The position numbers and the translations under genes were made by a program. DNA of 64,000 nt from Nannocystales bacterium (GTDB lineage: Bacteria > Myxococcota_A > Polyangia > Nannocystales > Nannocystaceae), in the NCBI GenBank assembly GCA_050633305.1, contig JBOEGF010000044.1:1-64000 (forward strand), read 5' to 3'. The notes below the pieces were generated by a model that had not been told where the DNA came from, made no database searches, and was given only the letters and a program-made list of their open reading frames with translations. Below are positions 1 to 9,632 of the stretch, piece after piece. The stretch's first letter is position 1. The number at the start of each line of letters is the position of its first letter.

Positions 1-48
1 GTTTTTCGGGGGCAACTCCAGTGACGACCCGGATCGGCTTCAGCACGA

Positions 49-723
49 TCACCGGTGCTTGAAGACGACTTTGGTCTCTTCGCTCCCCGAGCTCAGCCGC
101 ACGACATCGAATCCACCCTCCACCGAGGTCACGCTGTAGCGCTGCACCTGCGCAATATGGGCTCGTTCGACGGCGGTGATGACGGCCCAGGACGCCAAGA
201 CGTTCGGCATGTCCTTACCTTTCAAGAAGTCGGAGACCTCCGCATCGGAGGAGGTGTCACATTCGTCGGGGTCGGCGGCTTTGAAGGCGCCTGCCTGGTC
301 GATCTTGAAGGTGCAACCGCACGATGCCCCATGGCAGTCAAAGCCGAGGCTATCGATGTCCTCGATCCGCTCCTCATCCCCGCAGCTGAACCTCAGTGTG
401 AGGTTCTGTTTGTGCCCGGTCCGAGCCACAGGGTTGTCGTCGTTCGGCGCATCGGCGGATGCGTCCGTCGGGTTGTCGAGTTCGAAAACGAAGTCTCCGC
501 AGCCCGCTCCCGAGGCCTCGGCGGATGCGGGCGGGACGTTCTTTGCGGCCGGGGTCGGTGGGGTGACACGCGTGGTCTCCGAGGGGGCCGTCGGTGCTTC
601 CCGTCGGTCGGTCGAGTTCGGCTCTGCTGTCTTTGCTGCCGCCTGGGCCGACGCGGATGTCTTGCCGCTCGGGTCGCATGCGGAGAGCCCAACAAGGGGG
701 AGCACGAGGATGAGGCGGTTCAT
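49..723 (-). CDS. hypothetical lipoprotein
   Basis: Start MNRLILVLPLVGLSAC gives a signal peptide and lipobox, followed by a Pro/Ala/Thr linker and a Cys-containing domain; no recognised family. Confidence 0.65.
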   Translation of the reverse strand: MNRLILVLPLVGLSACDPSGKTSASAQAAAKTAEPNSTDRREAPTAPSETTRVTPPTPAAKNVPPASAEASGAGCGDFVFELDNPTDASADAPNDDNPVARTGHKQNLTLRFSCGDEERIEDIDSLGFDCHGASCGCTFKIDQAGAFKAADPDECDTSSDAEVSDFLKGKDMPNVLASWAVITAVERAHIAQVQRYSVTSVEGGFDVVRLSSGSEETKVVFKHR

Positions 724-986
724 GCGAGAGATAACGTCCGGCATCCCGTGCCATATTTCAAGTGCGGCGCTTGATTCTGCGGTTCTCAGCTTTCCCCGCG
801 CGGAACCGGGTGATCGATGTGGAACCACGTCGCAAGGTTTGCTGGAAGGAGCCGTCGCGTTCTGGGAACTCCGAACGCGTTCCTGCGGTCCATCACGAGC
901 CTTGAGAGGCGGTTATGCACCGCTCGGGCTCACGGGGGGTCGGGGTTCTACCGCCTGCGCTCGGGCGGTAGACTTCTGGTCACTCG

Positions 987-2450
987 GTGGGGGAGGAAAT
1001 CTACAAGTCAGAGTTTACGGACTCGGACTATGAGGCGTTCGGAGCACGGTTGGAGGAGCAGCTCGAGGTGTTGCGCGACACCCTGCGTACGCCGGCATTC
1101 AACCGAGACAAGCCAAGCATTGGCGCAGAGCTCGAGGTGTACTTGGTCGATGGTGCGGGCGATCCGGCTCCGGTCAACGAAGCGCTGCTCGAGCTGTCGG
1201 GACACCCGCAGCTGACCCCCGAACTCAACCGCTACAACCTCGAGTTCAACCTCTCCCCGGTGGATGCCAAGGGCACTCCGTTCGGGAAGATGGACGCGGA
1301 ACTCCGGGGCTTTCTCGACGAGCTTGCGGCCCAGGCGAGAGGTCTCGATATCCGCGTGGTTCCTGTGGGCATCCTCCCTACGCTGCGTGAGGAGCACTTG
1401 TCGCTGGCGTACATGACGGACCGCCCTCGCTATCACGTGCTCAATCGAGCGATTGTACGAGAGCGCGGGGAGGGGGTTCCGATCCGGATCAACGGCAAGG
1501 ATCCGCTCTCGATGCGTGGGGAGGGGGTCACGGTGGAGGGGGCCAACACCTCGTTTCAGCTTCACCTCCGACTGGCCGCGGATGACTTTGCGCGTTCGTT
1601 CAACGCCGCGCAGCTCACGACCCCGCTGGTGCTTGCCTTGTCGGCGAACTCGCCCATGGTTGCGGGTCACCGGCTCTGGCAGGAATCACGGATCGCGCTG
1701 TTCAAGCAGAGCACAGACATCCGGCTCAAGGCGCATCCGGACTGGCGTCAGCCGGCCCGAGTCAGTTTCGGTCACGGGTGGGTGCGCGAGGGGGCGTGGG
1801 AGTTGTTCGCGGAGAACGTCGCGCTGCATGCCCCGCTGGTCCCCGTGCTCTACGACCGCGATGACAGCACCGTGCCGCCGTCACTGAGGGAGCTTCGCCT
1901 TCATCACGGCACGATCTGGCCTTGGAACCGAGCCGTGTACGACACCGCCGACGATGGGCACCTGCGCATCGAGTTCCGAGCGCTGCCCGCCGGACCGACG
2001 GTGCTCGACATGATGGCCAACGCTGCGCTCGCGATCGGGTGGAGCGTCGCGTTGCAAGACCGCATCGATGGTCTCGTCGCACGGCTTCCGTTTCGCATCG
2101 CTGAGTACAACTTCTACCGTGCGGCCCAGCACGGGCTCGACGCGATCCTGTTGTGGCCCTGTGCACACGGGGGAGGCCTCGAGGAACGTCCGGTGACGGA
2201 ACTGATCGCTTCGTTCCTCCCGTGCGCGGCGGACGGGCTGGCCGCGCTGGGGGTCGATTCGAGCGACGCGGACCCGTTGCTCGACGTTGCCGCAAAGCGC
2301 CTCGCATCTCGCCAGAACGGCGCCCAATGGCAGCTCGATCACTACGAGCGGTATCGTGAGAAGGGGAGTGTTCGGGAGGCGTGCCGACAGATGCTGGCGG
2401 GCTATATGGACCGGATGACGCTCGGAGACCCGGTGGCCACGTGGAGCTGA
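987..2450 (+). CDS. glutamate-cysteine ligase family 2 (GCS2) carboxylate-amine ligase
   Basis: IGAELEVYLVD, ELNRYNLEFN, SFQLHL, LALSANSP, WPWNR and HLRIEFRALPAGPT motifs. Confidence 0.88.
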   Translation: MGEEIYKSEFTDSDYEAFGARLEEQLEVLRDTLRTPAFNRDKPSIGAELEVYLVDGAGDPAPVNEALLELSGHPQLTPELNRYNLEFNLSPVDAKGTPFGKMDAELRGFLDELAAQARGLDIRVVPVGILPTLREEHLSLAYMTDRPRYHVLNRAIVRERGEGVPIRINGKDPLSMRGEGVTVEGANTSFQLHLRLAADDFARSFNAAQLTTPLVLALSANSPMVAGHRLWQESRIALFKQSTDIRLKAHPDWRQPARVSFGHGWVREGAWELFAENVALHAPLVPVLYDRDDSTVPPSLRELRLHHGTIWPWNRAVYDTADDGHLRIEFRALPAGPTVLDMMANAALAIGWSVALQDRIDGLVARLPFRIAEYNFYRAAQHGLDAILLWPCAHGGGLEERPVTELIASFLPCAADGLAALGVDSSDADPLLDVAAKRLASRQNGAQWQLDHYERYREKGSVREACRQMLAGYMDRMTLGDPVATWS

Positions 2451-3436
2451 CGACGTGGACCCAACCCGACCCTGGCGTTGTGCCTCCGCGGGTCGGTGAC
2501 CTGCTCCGATCGTTGCCCGGGCCCACGGCGATTGAGATCCCTGGCGAGGACCGCTCACGATGCCGGGTGTTGGTGACGCTGTCGCACGGCAACGAGCCCT
2601 CGGGACTCGAGGCCCTGCACCGCTGGCTTCGCTCCGGCCGCGTGCCCGCCGTGGACCTGCTCTTTGTGCTCGGTTCGGTCGAAGCCGCACGGGCGGAGCC
2701 AATGTTCTACTTCCGCATGTTGCCGGGGCAGCGCGACCTCAACCGGTGTTTCAACCCGCCCTATGTGGGCCCGTCAGGGGAGCTTGCCGCAGCCATGCTG
2801 GAGCGGATCCACGCGGCGAAGCCGGAGGCGGTGATCGACCTGCACAACACCTCGGGCAGCAACCCGGCGTTCTCGGTGACCATTGGCGACTCGCCCCAGC
2901 TGCGAGCCCTGTCCTCGCTGTTCGCTGCACAGATGATCGTCACCGACCTACGCCTCGGCTCGCTCATGGAGCAAGACTTCGGCTGTCCCATCGTCACGAT
3001 CGAGGCGGGCGGGAGCCAGGACGACGCGGCTGCGGGGGTCTGCGACGCGGGATTCGAACGCTTCTTTCATCGAGCCGACGTGTTCGCGGACCCGGGCGAG
3101 GTCACCCTGCTCGAGCACCCATATCGCCTCGAACTGCAGCCACATGCACGCATCGACTTCGCCGAGCATGCGCTTCCGGGTCGCGATTTGACCATGCGCT
3201 CCGACATCGAGCGCTTCAACTTTGCCCCCGTTCCCCCGAGCGAGCCTCTGGGGTGGGCCGAGGGCCTGAGTTGCCTGCGTGCGAGTACCGGTCGAGACAC
3301 CCGGGATGCGCGGGAGTTCTTCCGCGTGGAAGACGGTCGCATCTATACGCGCGGGGTCCTTCGCCTGTTCATGGCGACGACGCGTGCGGATATCGCGGCC
3401 TCGGACTGCCTGTTCTACTTCGTTCGCGAAGACTGA
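2441..3436 (+). CDS. succinylglutamate desuccinylase/aspartoacylase (M14-like) family protein
   Basis: HGNEPSG, RDLNRCF, IDLHNT and IEAG zinc-carboxypeptidase motifs; GTG start overlaps the 3' end of the GCS2 gene. Confidence 0.85.
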   Translation: MELTTWTQPDPGVVPPRVGDLLRSLPGPTAIEIPGEDRSRCRVLVTLSHGNEPSGLEALHRWLRSGRVPAVDLLFVLGSVEAARAEPMFYFRMLPGQRDLNRCFNPPYVGPSGELAAAMLERIHAAKPEAVIDLHNTSGSNPAFSVTIGDSPQLRALSSLFAAQMIVTDLRLGSLMEQDFGCPIVTIEAGGSQDDAAAGVCDAGFERFFHRADVFADPGEVTLLEHPYRLELQPHARIDFAEHALPGRDLTMRSDIERFNFAPVPPSEPLGWAEGLSCLRASTGRDTRDAREFFRVEDGRIYTRGVLRLFMATTRADIAASDCLFYFVRED

Positions 3437-3488
3437 CAGAGACCGAAACTGGGCCTGGCTGCGGCCGTGGGAACCAGAGGAGGCGCTC

Positions 3489-4238
3489 GTGCGTCTAACC
3501 GATGTGGGCCTCTCTCGCCGGACTCTCCTTTGCGCGCTGAGTGCGTGTTGTCTCGCCGGGTGTGATGGGGCGGCACAGGCCGCGGAAGCACAACCGGGCC
3601 CTGAGACCGAACCTTCAACGCCTCCGGTTCCGCCGACGCAGTCGGTCCGCGAGGTTGGGACGCGCGCGACCGTCTATCTTGTCTCGCTGGGTCCGTTTGA
3701 TGCCGCCACTTTGGATGCCATCGCGCGCAATCTCGAGGACGAGCTTCAGGTCGAGGTCAAGCGACTTGGCCGCAAACCCTTGCCGAAGTCTGCTTGGTAT
3801 GCGCCGCGCAAACGCTTTCGGGCCGACATCATCCTCGACCACCTGCCAACGCTGATCCCCGGCGAGCCAGAGTCGACCCGCATCCTGGCACTGACCCAAA
3901 AAGACATCTCGACGACGAAGGGAAAGTTCAAGGACTGGGGCGTGTTTGGGCTGGGCAACATGCCGGGCCAGGCTGCGGTGGTGTCCAACTACCGGCTCAA
4001 GCGCAAGGCAAAGGGATCCAGGCATCTGCGACGACGCATCGTAAACACCGCGATTCACGAGGTCGGGCACATGCTCGGGCTGCCGCACTGCACCGAGCAC
4101 GAGGCGCGCTGTCCGATGCAAGACGCCGAAGGCAGCATCGCCAACACCGACGCCAGCACCGGGCATCTGGGACCTCGGTGCCGAGCGGATCTCGAGCGCA
4201 AGCTCCCGGCGACACGCGTCAGTCGAATCGGCTCATGA
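3489..4238 (+). CDS. archaemetzincin-like (M54) zinc metalloprotease, Tat-type lipoprotein
   Basis: HEVGHMLGLPHC...CPM metzincin motif; SRRTLL...LAGC signal. Confidence 0.82.
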   Translation: MRLTDVGLSRRTLLCALSACCLAGCDGAAQAAEAQPGPETEPSTPPVPPTQSVREVGTRATVYLVSLGPFDAATLDAIARNLEDELQVEVKRLGRKPLPKSAWYAPRKRFRADIILDHLPTLIPGEPESTRILALTQKDISTTKGKFKDWGVFGLGNMPGQAAVVSNYRLKRKAKGSRHLRRRIVNTAIHEVGHMLGLPHCTEHEARCPMQDAEGSIANTDASTGHLGPRCRADLERKLPATRVSRIGS

Positions 4239-5436
4239 TCTCGAGGTCCCACGACTGCACCGACCCGCTGTTGTCGTTGTCGATGGTGTCGCGGACGACC
4301 AACGTCCAGGTGCCGTTGACGGACTCGTCGCTGGAGAATCCGGTGGGGACGATCGGGACCCCGCCAGGGTGCAGTTCGGTGCTCTGAAGGTCGGCGACCG
4401 AGACCTGATTTCCGTCGGGGTTTCGCAGCTCGATGACCAACTCTTGGGGGGCGGGGTGGTCGAGGTCGAGCAGGATGGTCACATCCATGTCGACCGTGGT
4501 CAGGCCGCTGACCTGCATGGAGAGCTCCGCGGTCGCACCGGCTGCAGGAATCGCGACGGACCCTCCGGTGAACACGCCGCTGTTCGAGCTGTCCAAACAC
4601 AGTCCTCCAGGGTCGTCCAGCAAGACCGTGCTGCGAATGATGCCAGCGCAGAGGAGTCCGGTCGCGCAAGGGGAGTCGAGGTCGCAGTCCATCGAGGCCG
4701 TGGCCCCGGCAGCGCACGAGGACTCGAGCACCGCGGTCTGGTCGTCGACATCCGCGACCTCGCTGTCCAAAGCGTCGAAGAACACGAGGGTATCGGCGGG
4801 CCAAATGAACTCGTAGGTCTCGCAGTCGTCTGCGGGGTCGACTTGATCGCCGGAAACACTGAGCGTGTCGCCTTGCCAGGAGAGGGCATCCACCGTGAGT
4901 GCGTGGCCGGGGTAGGGCTGTGGGCCACGAGAGCCGAACATCACCCACTGCGTCGGAAACGTGACGCCGGCGGGGACCGGCGCGTCGGTGAACGATGCCC
5001 ACTGCGCAGCGCTGGTGATCACGACCCAACCCGGAGGCACACGAGCGGTCAACTCGAGGATGCTCGGGTCCAACACGGTGAACGGAACATCCACGGCACT
5101 GGAGCCCGTGGTGTCGCCCGTGCTCGAAGTGGGGTCTCCATCGGTGTCCGATGTCCCGCTGCCCGTGGTGTCGCCCGTGGTGTCTCCCGTCGTGCTCGAG
5201 GAGCTCGTCGGCGCACTGGTTCCGGTGCTGCTGCTCTCGGTCGACGTCGTTCCCGTCCCGCTGGTGGGACCACCGGTACTCGACGTGTCGTCGGGGGAGC
5301 CGCTCGTACTTGCGTCGGCGCTGCCCGACCCCGCGGTGCCGTCGTCGCCGCAACCGGGGCCGAAGCACAGGGCTGCGCCGACAAGAAGAGCCCCACGGTG
5401 GGAGCGGATGGAACGAACTCGGGCAGTGGCACGCAT
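4219..5436 (-). CDS. lipoprotein with PrcB-C-like segment and C-terminal proprotein convertase P-domain
   Basis: Lipobox GPGC and Ser/Thr linker; C-terminal LDHP..ELVIELRNPDG...NGTWTLVVRD...GSVQSWDL is typical of a P-domain. Confidence 0.75.
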   Translation of the reverse strand: MRATARVRSIRSHRGALLVGAALCFGPGCGDDGTAGSGSADASTSGSPDDTSSTGGPTSGTGTTSTESSSTGTSAPTSSSSTTGDTTGDTTGSGTSDTDGDPTSSTGDTTGSSAVDVPFTVLDPSILELTARVPPGWVVITSAAQWASFTDAPVPAGVTFPTQWVMFGSRGPQPYPGHALTVDALSWQGDTLSVSGDQVDPADDCETYEFIWPADTLVFFDALDSEVADVDDQTAVLESSCAAGATASMDCDLDSPCATGLLCAGIIRSTVLLDDPGGLCLDSSNSGVFTGGSVAIPAAGATAELSMQVSGLTTVDMDVTILLDLDHPAPQELVIELRNPDGNQVSVADLQSTELHPGGVPIVPTGFSSDESVNGTWTLVVRDTIDNDNSGSVQSWDLEIMSRFD

Positions 5437-5738
5437 CGTCGGACGCAGGCTAACCCAATCCGAGCCGTGACTCCGCCGTTGCACAGATGTGCCAAGCTCC
5501 GACGCCGGCCCGCCGACCCCTCACCGCCGATCGCTTGTCACAACGACAGGAGACATGTGCGGAGGTCCGAGCGTCGTTGGTCTGTAACCTCAACACGCGG
5601 TTGCGAGTGCTCGAGCACGTCGATGATGGCGACGTCGGCCGCGACAAGCAGCACCATCCATGGTCTCAGCCGCTCCATCAGCTTCAAGGGGAGCAGCCGG
5701 CGGGACCCGAAACGCCCTGGCCGTCGAAACGGGGTTCC

Positions 5739-6542
5739 TCAACCGGCGCAGCAGCGGAACCCGACCGCCGAGTAGCGGTCCTCGTCGGGCCGGATGCGAA
5801 GCCGCTCACCCATCGAGCACTTCATCCCGATGCCGGAGTGATTGTAGCTGCCGCCCCGCACTCGGCAGCCTTCCTCGTCACACGAGTCGACCCACTCCAA
5901 AGCGTTGCCCCCGAGATCGAACACGCCTGCGTAGGCCTCGTCCGGGGATTGGCACCCGGGGTGCGTCGCGACCTCGGTCTGTGCCCATCCTTCCTCCGGC
6001 GAGTCCCAGCAGACGTGCGTGGACTCTTCGGCGCCGTAGGGATACTGGAACTGGCCGCCAGCGGAGCATGCGGCAAACCACTGGTCGACAGCTGGGTCGT
6101 CGTAGTCCTCGACGTCTGTCGGGCCTCCGCCGATGGCACCGCACAAGCGCTTGTCGTGCGCTTCACAGAAGCCTCGTGCGTCACACCAGTCGACACAGCC
6201 GACCGGGCGTTCCAGGAATCGGTCGAGGCCCCAGGCGCCCGTCGTCTGGCATGCGGGTTCGTACAGGTTGTCCTCGCAAGACGTGGGGTGAGCCTTGGGC
6301 GCCTCGGCAAGCCACGCGAAGTACTCGCCCCGAGTCACTTCGTTGACGTCGATGCAGAACCCCTCAGGCAGGCGTTTCATGGCCCCACCGGAGGAGGGGC
6401 ATGGGTCTCCTCCGGGAACCGGGTTGGCTGCGGAACCTAGCGAGCGTTGCGTGAGGCTCGGGTCAGGTTTGCTCGCACCGGCATCGCAGCCAAACCAAGC
6501 CAGAGAAGCGAGCAACAGTGATTGTGTCTTGAGCAGGTTCAT
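5739..6542 (-). CDS. formylglycine-generating enzyme (FGE/SUMF1) domain lipoprotein
   Basis: FCIDVNEVT, PVGCVDWCDA, DLGGNALEWV, RVRGGS and GFRCC motifs. Confidence 0.88.
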   Translation of the reverse strand: MNLLKTQSLLLASLAWFGCDAGASKPDPSLTQRSLGSAANPVPGGDPCPSSGGAMKRLPEGFCIDVNEVTRGEYFAWLAEAPKAHPTSCEDNLYEPACQTTGAWGLDRFLERPVGCVDWCDARGFCEAHDKRLCGAIGGGPTDVEDYDDPAVDQWFAACSAGGQFQYPYGAEESTHVCWDSPEEGWAQTEVATHPGCQSPDEAYAGVFDLGGNALEWVDSCDEEGCRVRGGSYNHSGIGMKCSMGERLRIRPDEDRYSAVGFRCCAG

Positions 6543-6545
6543 GGC

Positions 6546-8066
6546 TCACCACAGGTGCGGAGGAGAGTTGGTGTAGGGGGCGTCGTCGCCCATCAAGAAA
6601 CGCGCAACTTCCCCGTTGAACAGGTTGTCGTGCGTCTCTTCGCCCGAGACTTCGCGGAACTTGTAAGGCTCTCCGACCTCGCCGCCGACTTCGTTCGCTT
6701 CGAGCCTCAAGCAGTCGATGCGCGAGCCCAACACACCGAAGTTCGTCAGCGTGTTGCCCCGGACCACGAATGACTCGGTCCTGGCCAGGTGCAGTCCGGC
6801 GTCGATGAAGACGTTGTCTTCGAAGTAGTTCGGCGCGGTGTTGCCACTGCGTGTGCCGCGGCCGGGGCGGTCGGGGTCGTCTCGGGAATACCCGATCAAG
6901 CCCCAGCGTCCGTTGGAGCTTCCCACGGTGACGGTGATGGTATTGCGCCGAATGACGTTGTCGGACCTCCCCCAATGCACGATTGGCCCATCGGTCTGGG
7001 GCTCGGTCAGGCCGGTCTGGTCGCAGATGTTGTCGAGGAACCATAGGTTGGTGCCGTCGGTGTTCACGAGGTCGCCGCCCGCGTTCTCGTGGAAGTTGTT
7101 GTCGCGGATCAGAATGTCTGCGCTGCGAAAGTCCAGACTCTCCACATCCACGCCGAACTGCGGGCTGGTGCCGTTGATATGGTGGATCTCGTTGCCCTCG
7201 ATCAGGACCCGAACACCGCCGACGATCGACACGCCCTGACGGCGGTTGTTGTGGATCTCGTTGTTGCGAATCGTGATGTCGAAGCAAGAGTTTCCGGCGT
7301 CCCCGGACCCAACGATCAGCACGCCATCTCCAGTCACGTCACGGAGCTCCATGTCCTCGACGAGGACGCGTTCGGAGTTGCCTTCGATGCAGATGGCATG
7401 GCCTTCGTCGTGGGCGCCGCCGCCCTCGTAGATGTGTGTCGACCGGTCGCCTGCGATCGTGCCGCCGCGGATGACCACATCCTCCTCACCTCGTACGGCG
7501 ATGACGCAGTAGTTCCACCGATCGTTGGTGTCCATCCTCAGGGTCGCGCCGTCCTGCAGCTCGAAGACCATGTTCGAGGGCACGGTGATCCCGGCCCAGT
7601 AGATGTCGTTGCCCTCGCGCCCCACGAGGTAATCGCCGGCGGGCACGATGAAGTGCCCGAACCCCTCCGCGTGGGCCCAGTCGATCGCATCCTGTAGACC
7701 CTGGGTGGTCCCGAGGGCGTCGCTGCCGTCGGTCGCGACGTCCCAGTCGCCGGCTACGAGGGTATACGTCTCGCCGGCTGTGGCTGGAGGCTCGATCTCG
7801 GGCATCGGTGCGGGTGGATCGAAGCTGCACAGCTCGGTGTCCAGAGGCCCTGAGTCGCCTCCGGTTGAGCTGCCCGAGGTCTCCGTCGCGCCGCCCGACG
7901 TGTCGAGACCGGTACTCGCCGTACCCCCAGAGCTCGACGCGTTACCTGTCGAGATCGGGGTCGTCGTGCCGGACGCAGGTCCGTCGGTGTTGCCCGACGA
8001 CTCGCCGTCCCCCGGCGACCCGCAGGCCATGCACACGACAAGAAGACCACTGCCTGTCCACCGCAT
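6546..8066 (-). CDS. right-handed beta-helix (pectate lyase-like) lipoprotein
   Basis: Lipobox MAC, Ser/Thr linker, GLQDAID..G..VPAGDY cap, and repeated IRNNEIHNNRRQGVSI-type beta-helix turns. Confidence 0.8.
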   Translation of the reverse strand: MRWTGSGLLVVCMACGSPGDGESSGNTDGPASGTTTPISTGNASSSGGTASTGLDTSGGATETSGSSTGGDSGPLDTELCSFDPPAPMPEIEPPATAGETYTLVAGDWDVATDGSDALGTTQGLQDAIDWAHAEGFGHFIVPAGDYLVGREGNDIYWAGITVPSNMVFELQDGATLRMDTNDRWNYCVIAVRGEEDVVIRGGTIAGDRSTHIYEGGGAHDEGHAICIEGNSERVLVEDMELRDVTGDGVLIVGSGDAGNSCFDITIRNNEIHNNRRQGVSIVGGVRVLIEGNEIHHINGTSPQFGVDVESLDFRSADILIRDNNFHENAGGDLVNTDGTNLWFLDNICDQTGLTEPQTDGPIVHWGRSDNVIRRNTITVTVGSSNGRWGLIGYSRDDPDRPGRGTRSGNTAPNYFEDNVFIDAGLHLARTESFVVRGNTLTNFGVLGSRIDCLRLEANEVGGEVGEPYKFREVSGEETHDNLFNGEVARFLMGDDAPYTNSPPHLW

Positions 8067-8216
8067 GACGTCACGCTAGCTTAAATTTGGCACGAAGTGT
8101 CACGCATGGTGTCCCCCGTCGCGTTCGTTTTCGGGGGGCTGCTGACCCCCACGTGATGACCCCAATCCTCGGTTGGGGGCGTAACGCGGGGATCGTGGCG
8201 GGCGATACTCCCTAGG

Positions 8217-9182
8217 ATGGAGCGTCGCGGCTTTGTACTGGGGTCGGTCGCAAGCGTGCTCGCTGGCTGTACCACCACTCCGGCCCCGGCGCCTGAGGCC
8301 GACGCCCCAAAGCCCCAGCTCCTGACGCCTGCGCTGAACCCTGGTGACATGGTCGTCGGCGGAAGCCAGATCTCGGTTGTCTTTGACGGCGAGCCGTACG
8401 GCTTGCCTCGTGCATCGTACGAAGCCTGGGTTCGTCGCTCAGCGCAGATGATCACCGACTACTACGAGGGCTCGTTCCCGGTGCCCAGTCTCGAGGTCAC
8501 CATCGTTCCGCGTGGTCGTGGTGGCGTCGGCTTCGGCAGTCATCGCCAAGGACGATGGGTTCGAGTGTACTGCGGTCGGGCGACCGGACAACGGTCGCTC
8601 GAGAACGACTGGGTGATGGTGCACGAGATGTTGCACGCGACGTTCCCCGACCTGACCGACGAACACCGTTGGATGCAGGAGGGGCTGTCGACCTACGCCG
8701 AGAAGATCGTTCGCATTCGGGCGGGCAACATCACCGAGGAGAACATGTGGTCTCGGCTTAGTGGATCGATGCACCACGGCCGGCCCCGGGCGGGGGACCG
8801 CGGTCTGGACAAGACCCACACTTGGGGGCGCACCTATTGGGGCGGCGCGCTGTTTTGGATGGTGGCCGACGTGGAGCTGCGGAGGGGGACCGACAACCGC
8901 AAGTCCCTCGACGATGTCTTGCGGCATGTCGCCTCGATCGGCGGCAACGCGCGGCAGATGTGGGAGCCGCAGCGCGTGTGCAAGGCCGCCGACGAAGGCA
9001 CCGGTACACAGACGGTGTCACAGCTGTACGAACGCATGGCGAAGGCTCCAGGCGACATCGACCTCGACCGATTCTGGGCGGACCTTGGGGTCATCCGCGC
9101 TGGCGATGACACCGTGGAGTTCGATGACACGGCTGCGCTCGCTCATGTGCGCCGCGGTATCGCATCGGGACGGGCCGGCTAG
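8217..9182 (+). CDS. gluzincin-type (M61/M1-like) metallopeptidase, Tat lipoprotein
   Basis: MERRGFVL..LAGC signal; HEMLH followed by WMQEGLSTY; YWGGAL. Confidence 0.78.
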   Translation: MERRGFVLGSVASVLAGCTTTPAPAPEADAPKPQLLTPALNPGDMVVGGSQISVVFDGEPYGLPRASYEAWVRRSAQMITDYYEGSFPVPSLEVTIVPRGRGGVGFGSHRQGRWVRVYCGRATGQRSLENDWVMVHEMLHATFPDLTDEHRWMQEGLSTYAEKIVRIRAGNITEENMWSRLSGSMHHGRPRAGDRGLDKTHTWGRTYWGGALFWMVADVELRRGTDNRKSLDDVLRHVASIGGNARQMWEPQRVCKAADEGTGTQTVSQLYERMAKAPGDIDLDRFWADLGVIRAGDDTVEFDDTAALAHVRRGIASGRAG

Positions 9183-9270
9183 GGTTCGTACAGCATGGTG
9201 AAGCGTGCTCCGTCGGCCGTGGTGCTCAGGCGGCGACGAGCTGTCATCGCCGGTTTACGGACCCGGACCT

Positions 9271-9295
9271 GTCACAGTTGGGCGCGGGCGCATCT
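9271..9295 (+). promoter_or_regulatory. putative ECF-type promoter GTCACA-N13-GCATCT
   Basis: Same boxes and spacing as 16515-16539; lies 19 nt before the ATG at 9315. Confidence 0.55.
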
Positions 9296-9314
9296 ACCTG
9301 GGAGAGACGCCACG

Positions 9315-9620
9315 ATGACATTCGCCAAGTTGACCCTGGGAGCCCTTTTCGCCACGTTCACGCTGTCCGCCTGTGACTCGGGTGGTGCCGAGTACGCGAA
9401 GAAAGTGGGAGAGTTCGCGGACCAGGCCTGCGCCTGCAAAGACACCGACTGCACGACGAAAGTCGCCACGGAGCAGGCGGACTGGCTCGCCGCCAACGCA
9501 GAGAAGGCCTCGAAACTCAGCAGCGACGACGCCGAGGCGGTGACGGCGGCCGGAACGAAGCTCGCCGAGTGCACGACGAAAATCGTGAGCGAGGCGGCGG
9601 CCGCCGCAATGCCGAAGTAG
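9315..9620 (+). CDS. small Cys-containing lipoprotein
   Basis: MTFAKLTLGALFATFTLSAC lipobox; CACKDTDC motif; GGAG upstream. Confidence 0.8.
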   Translation: MTFAKLTLGALFATFTLSACDSGGAEYAKKVGEFADQACACKDTDCTTKVATEQADWLAANAEKASKLSSDDAEAVTAAGTKLAECTTKIVSEAAAAAMPK

Positions 9621-9632
9621 GCCCCGGTCGCG

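Noticed and set aside
5535..5560. TTGTCACAACG...GAGACA resembling the kinase promoter
   Set aside because: Spacing is 3 nt shorter and no credible gene follows on that strand
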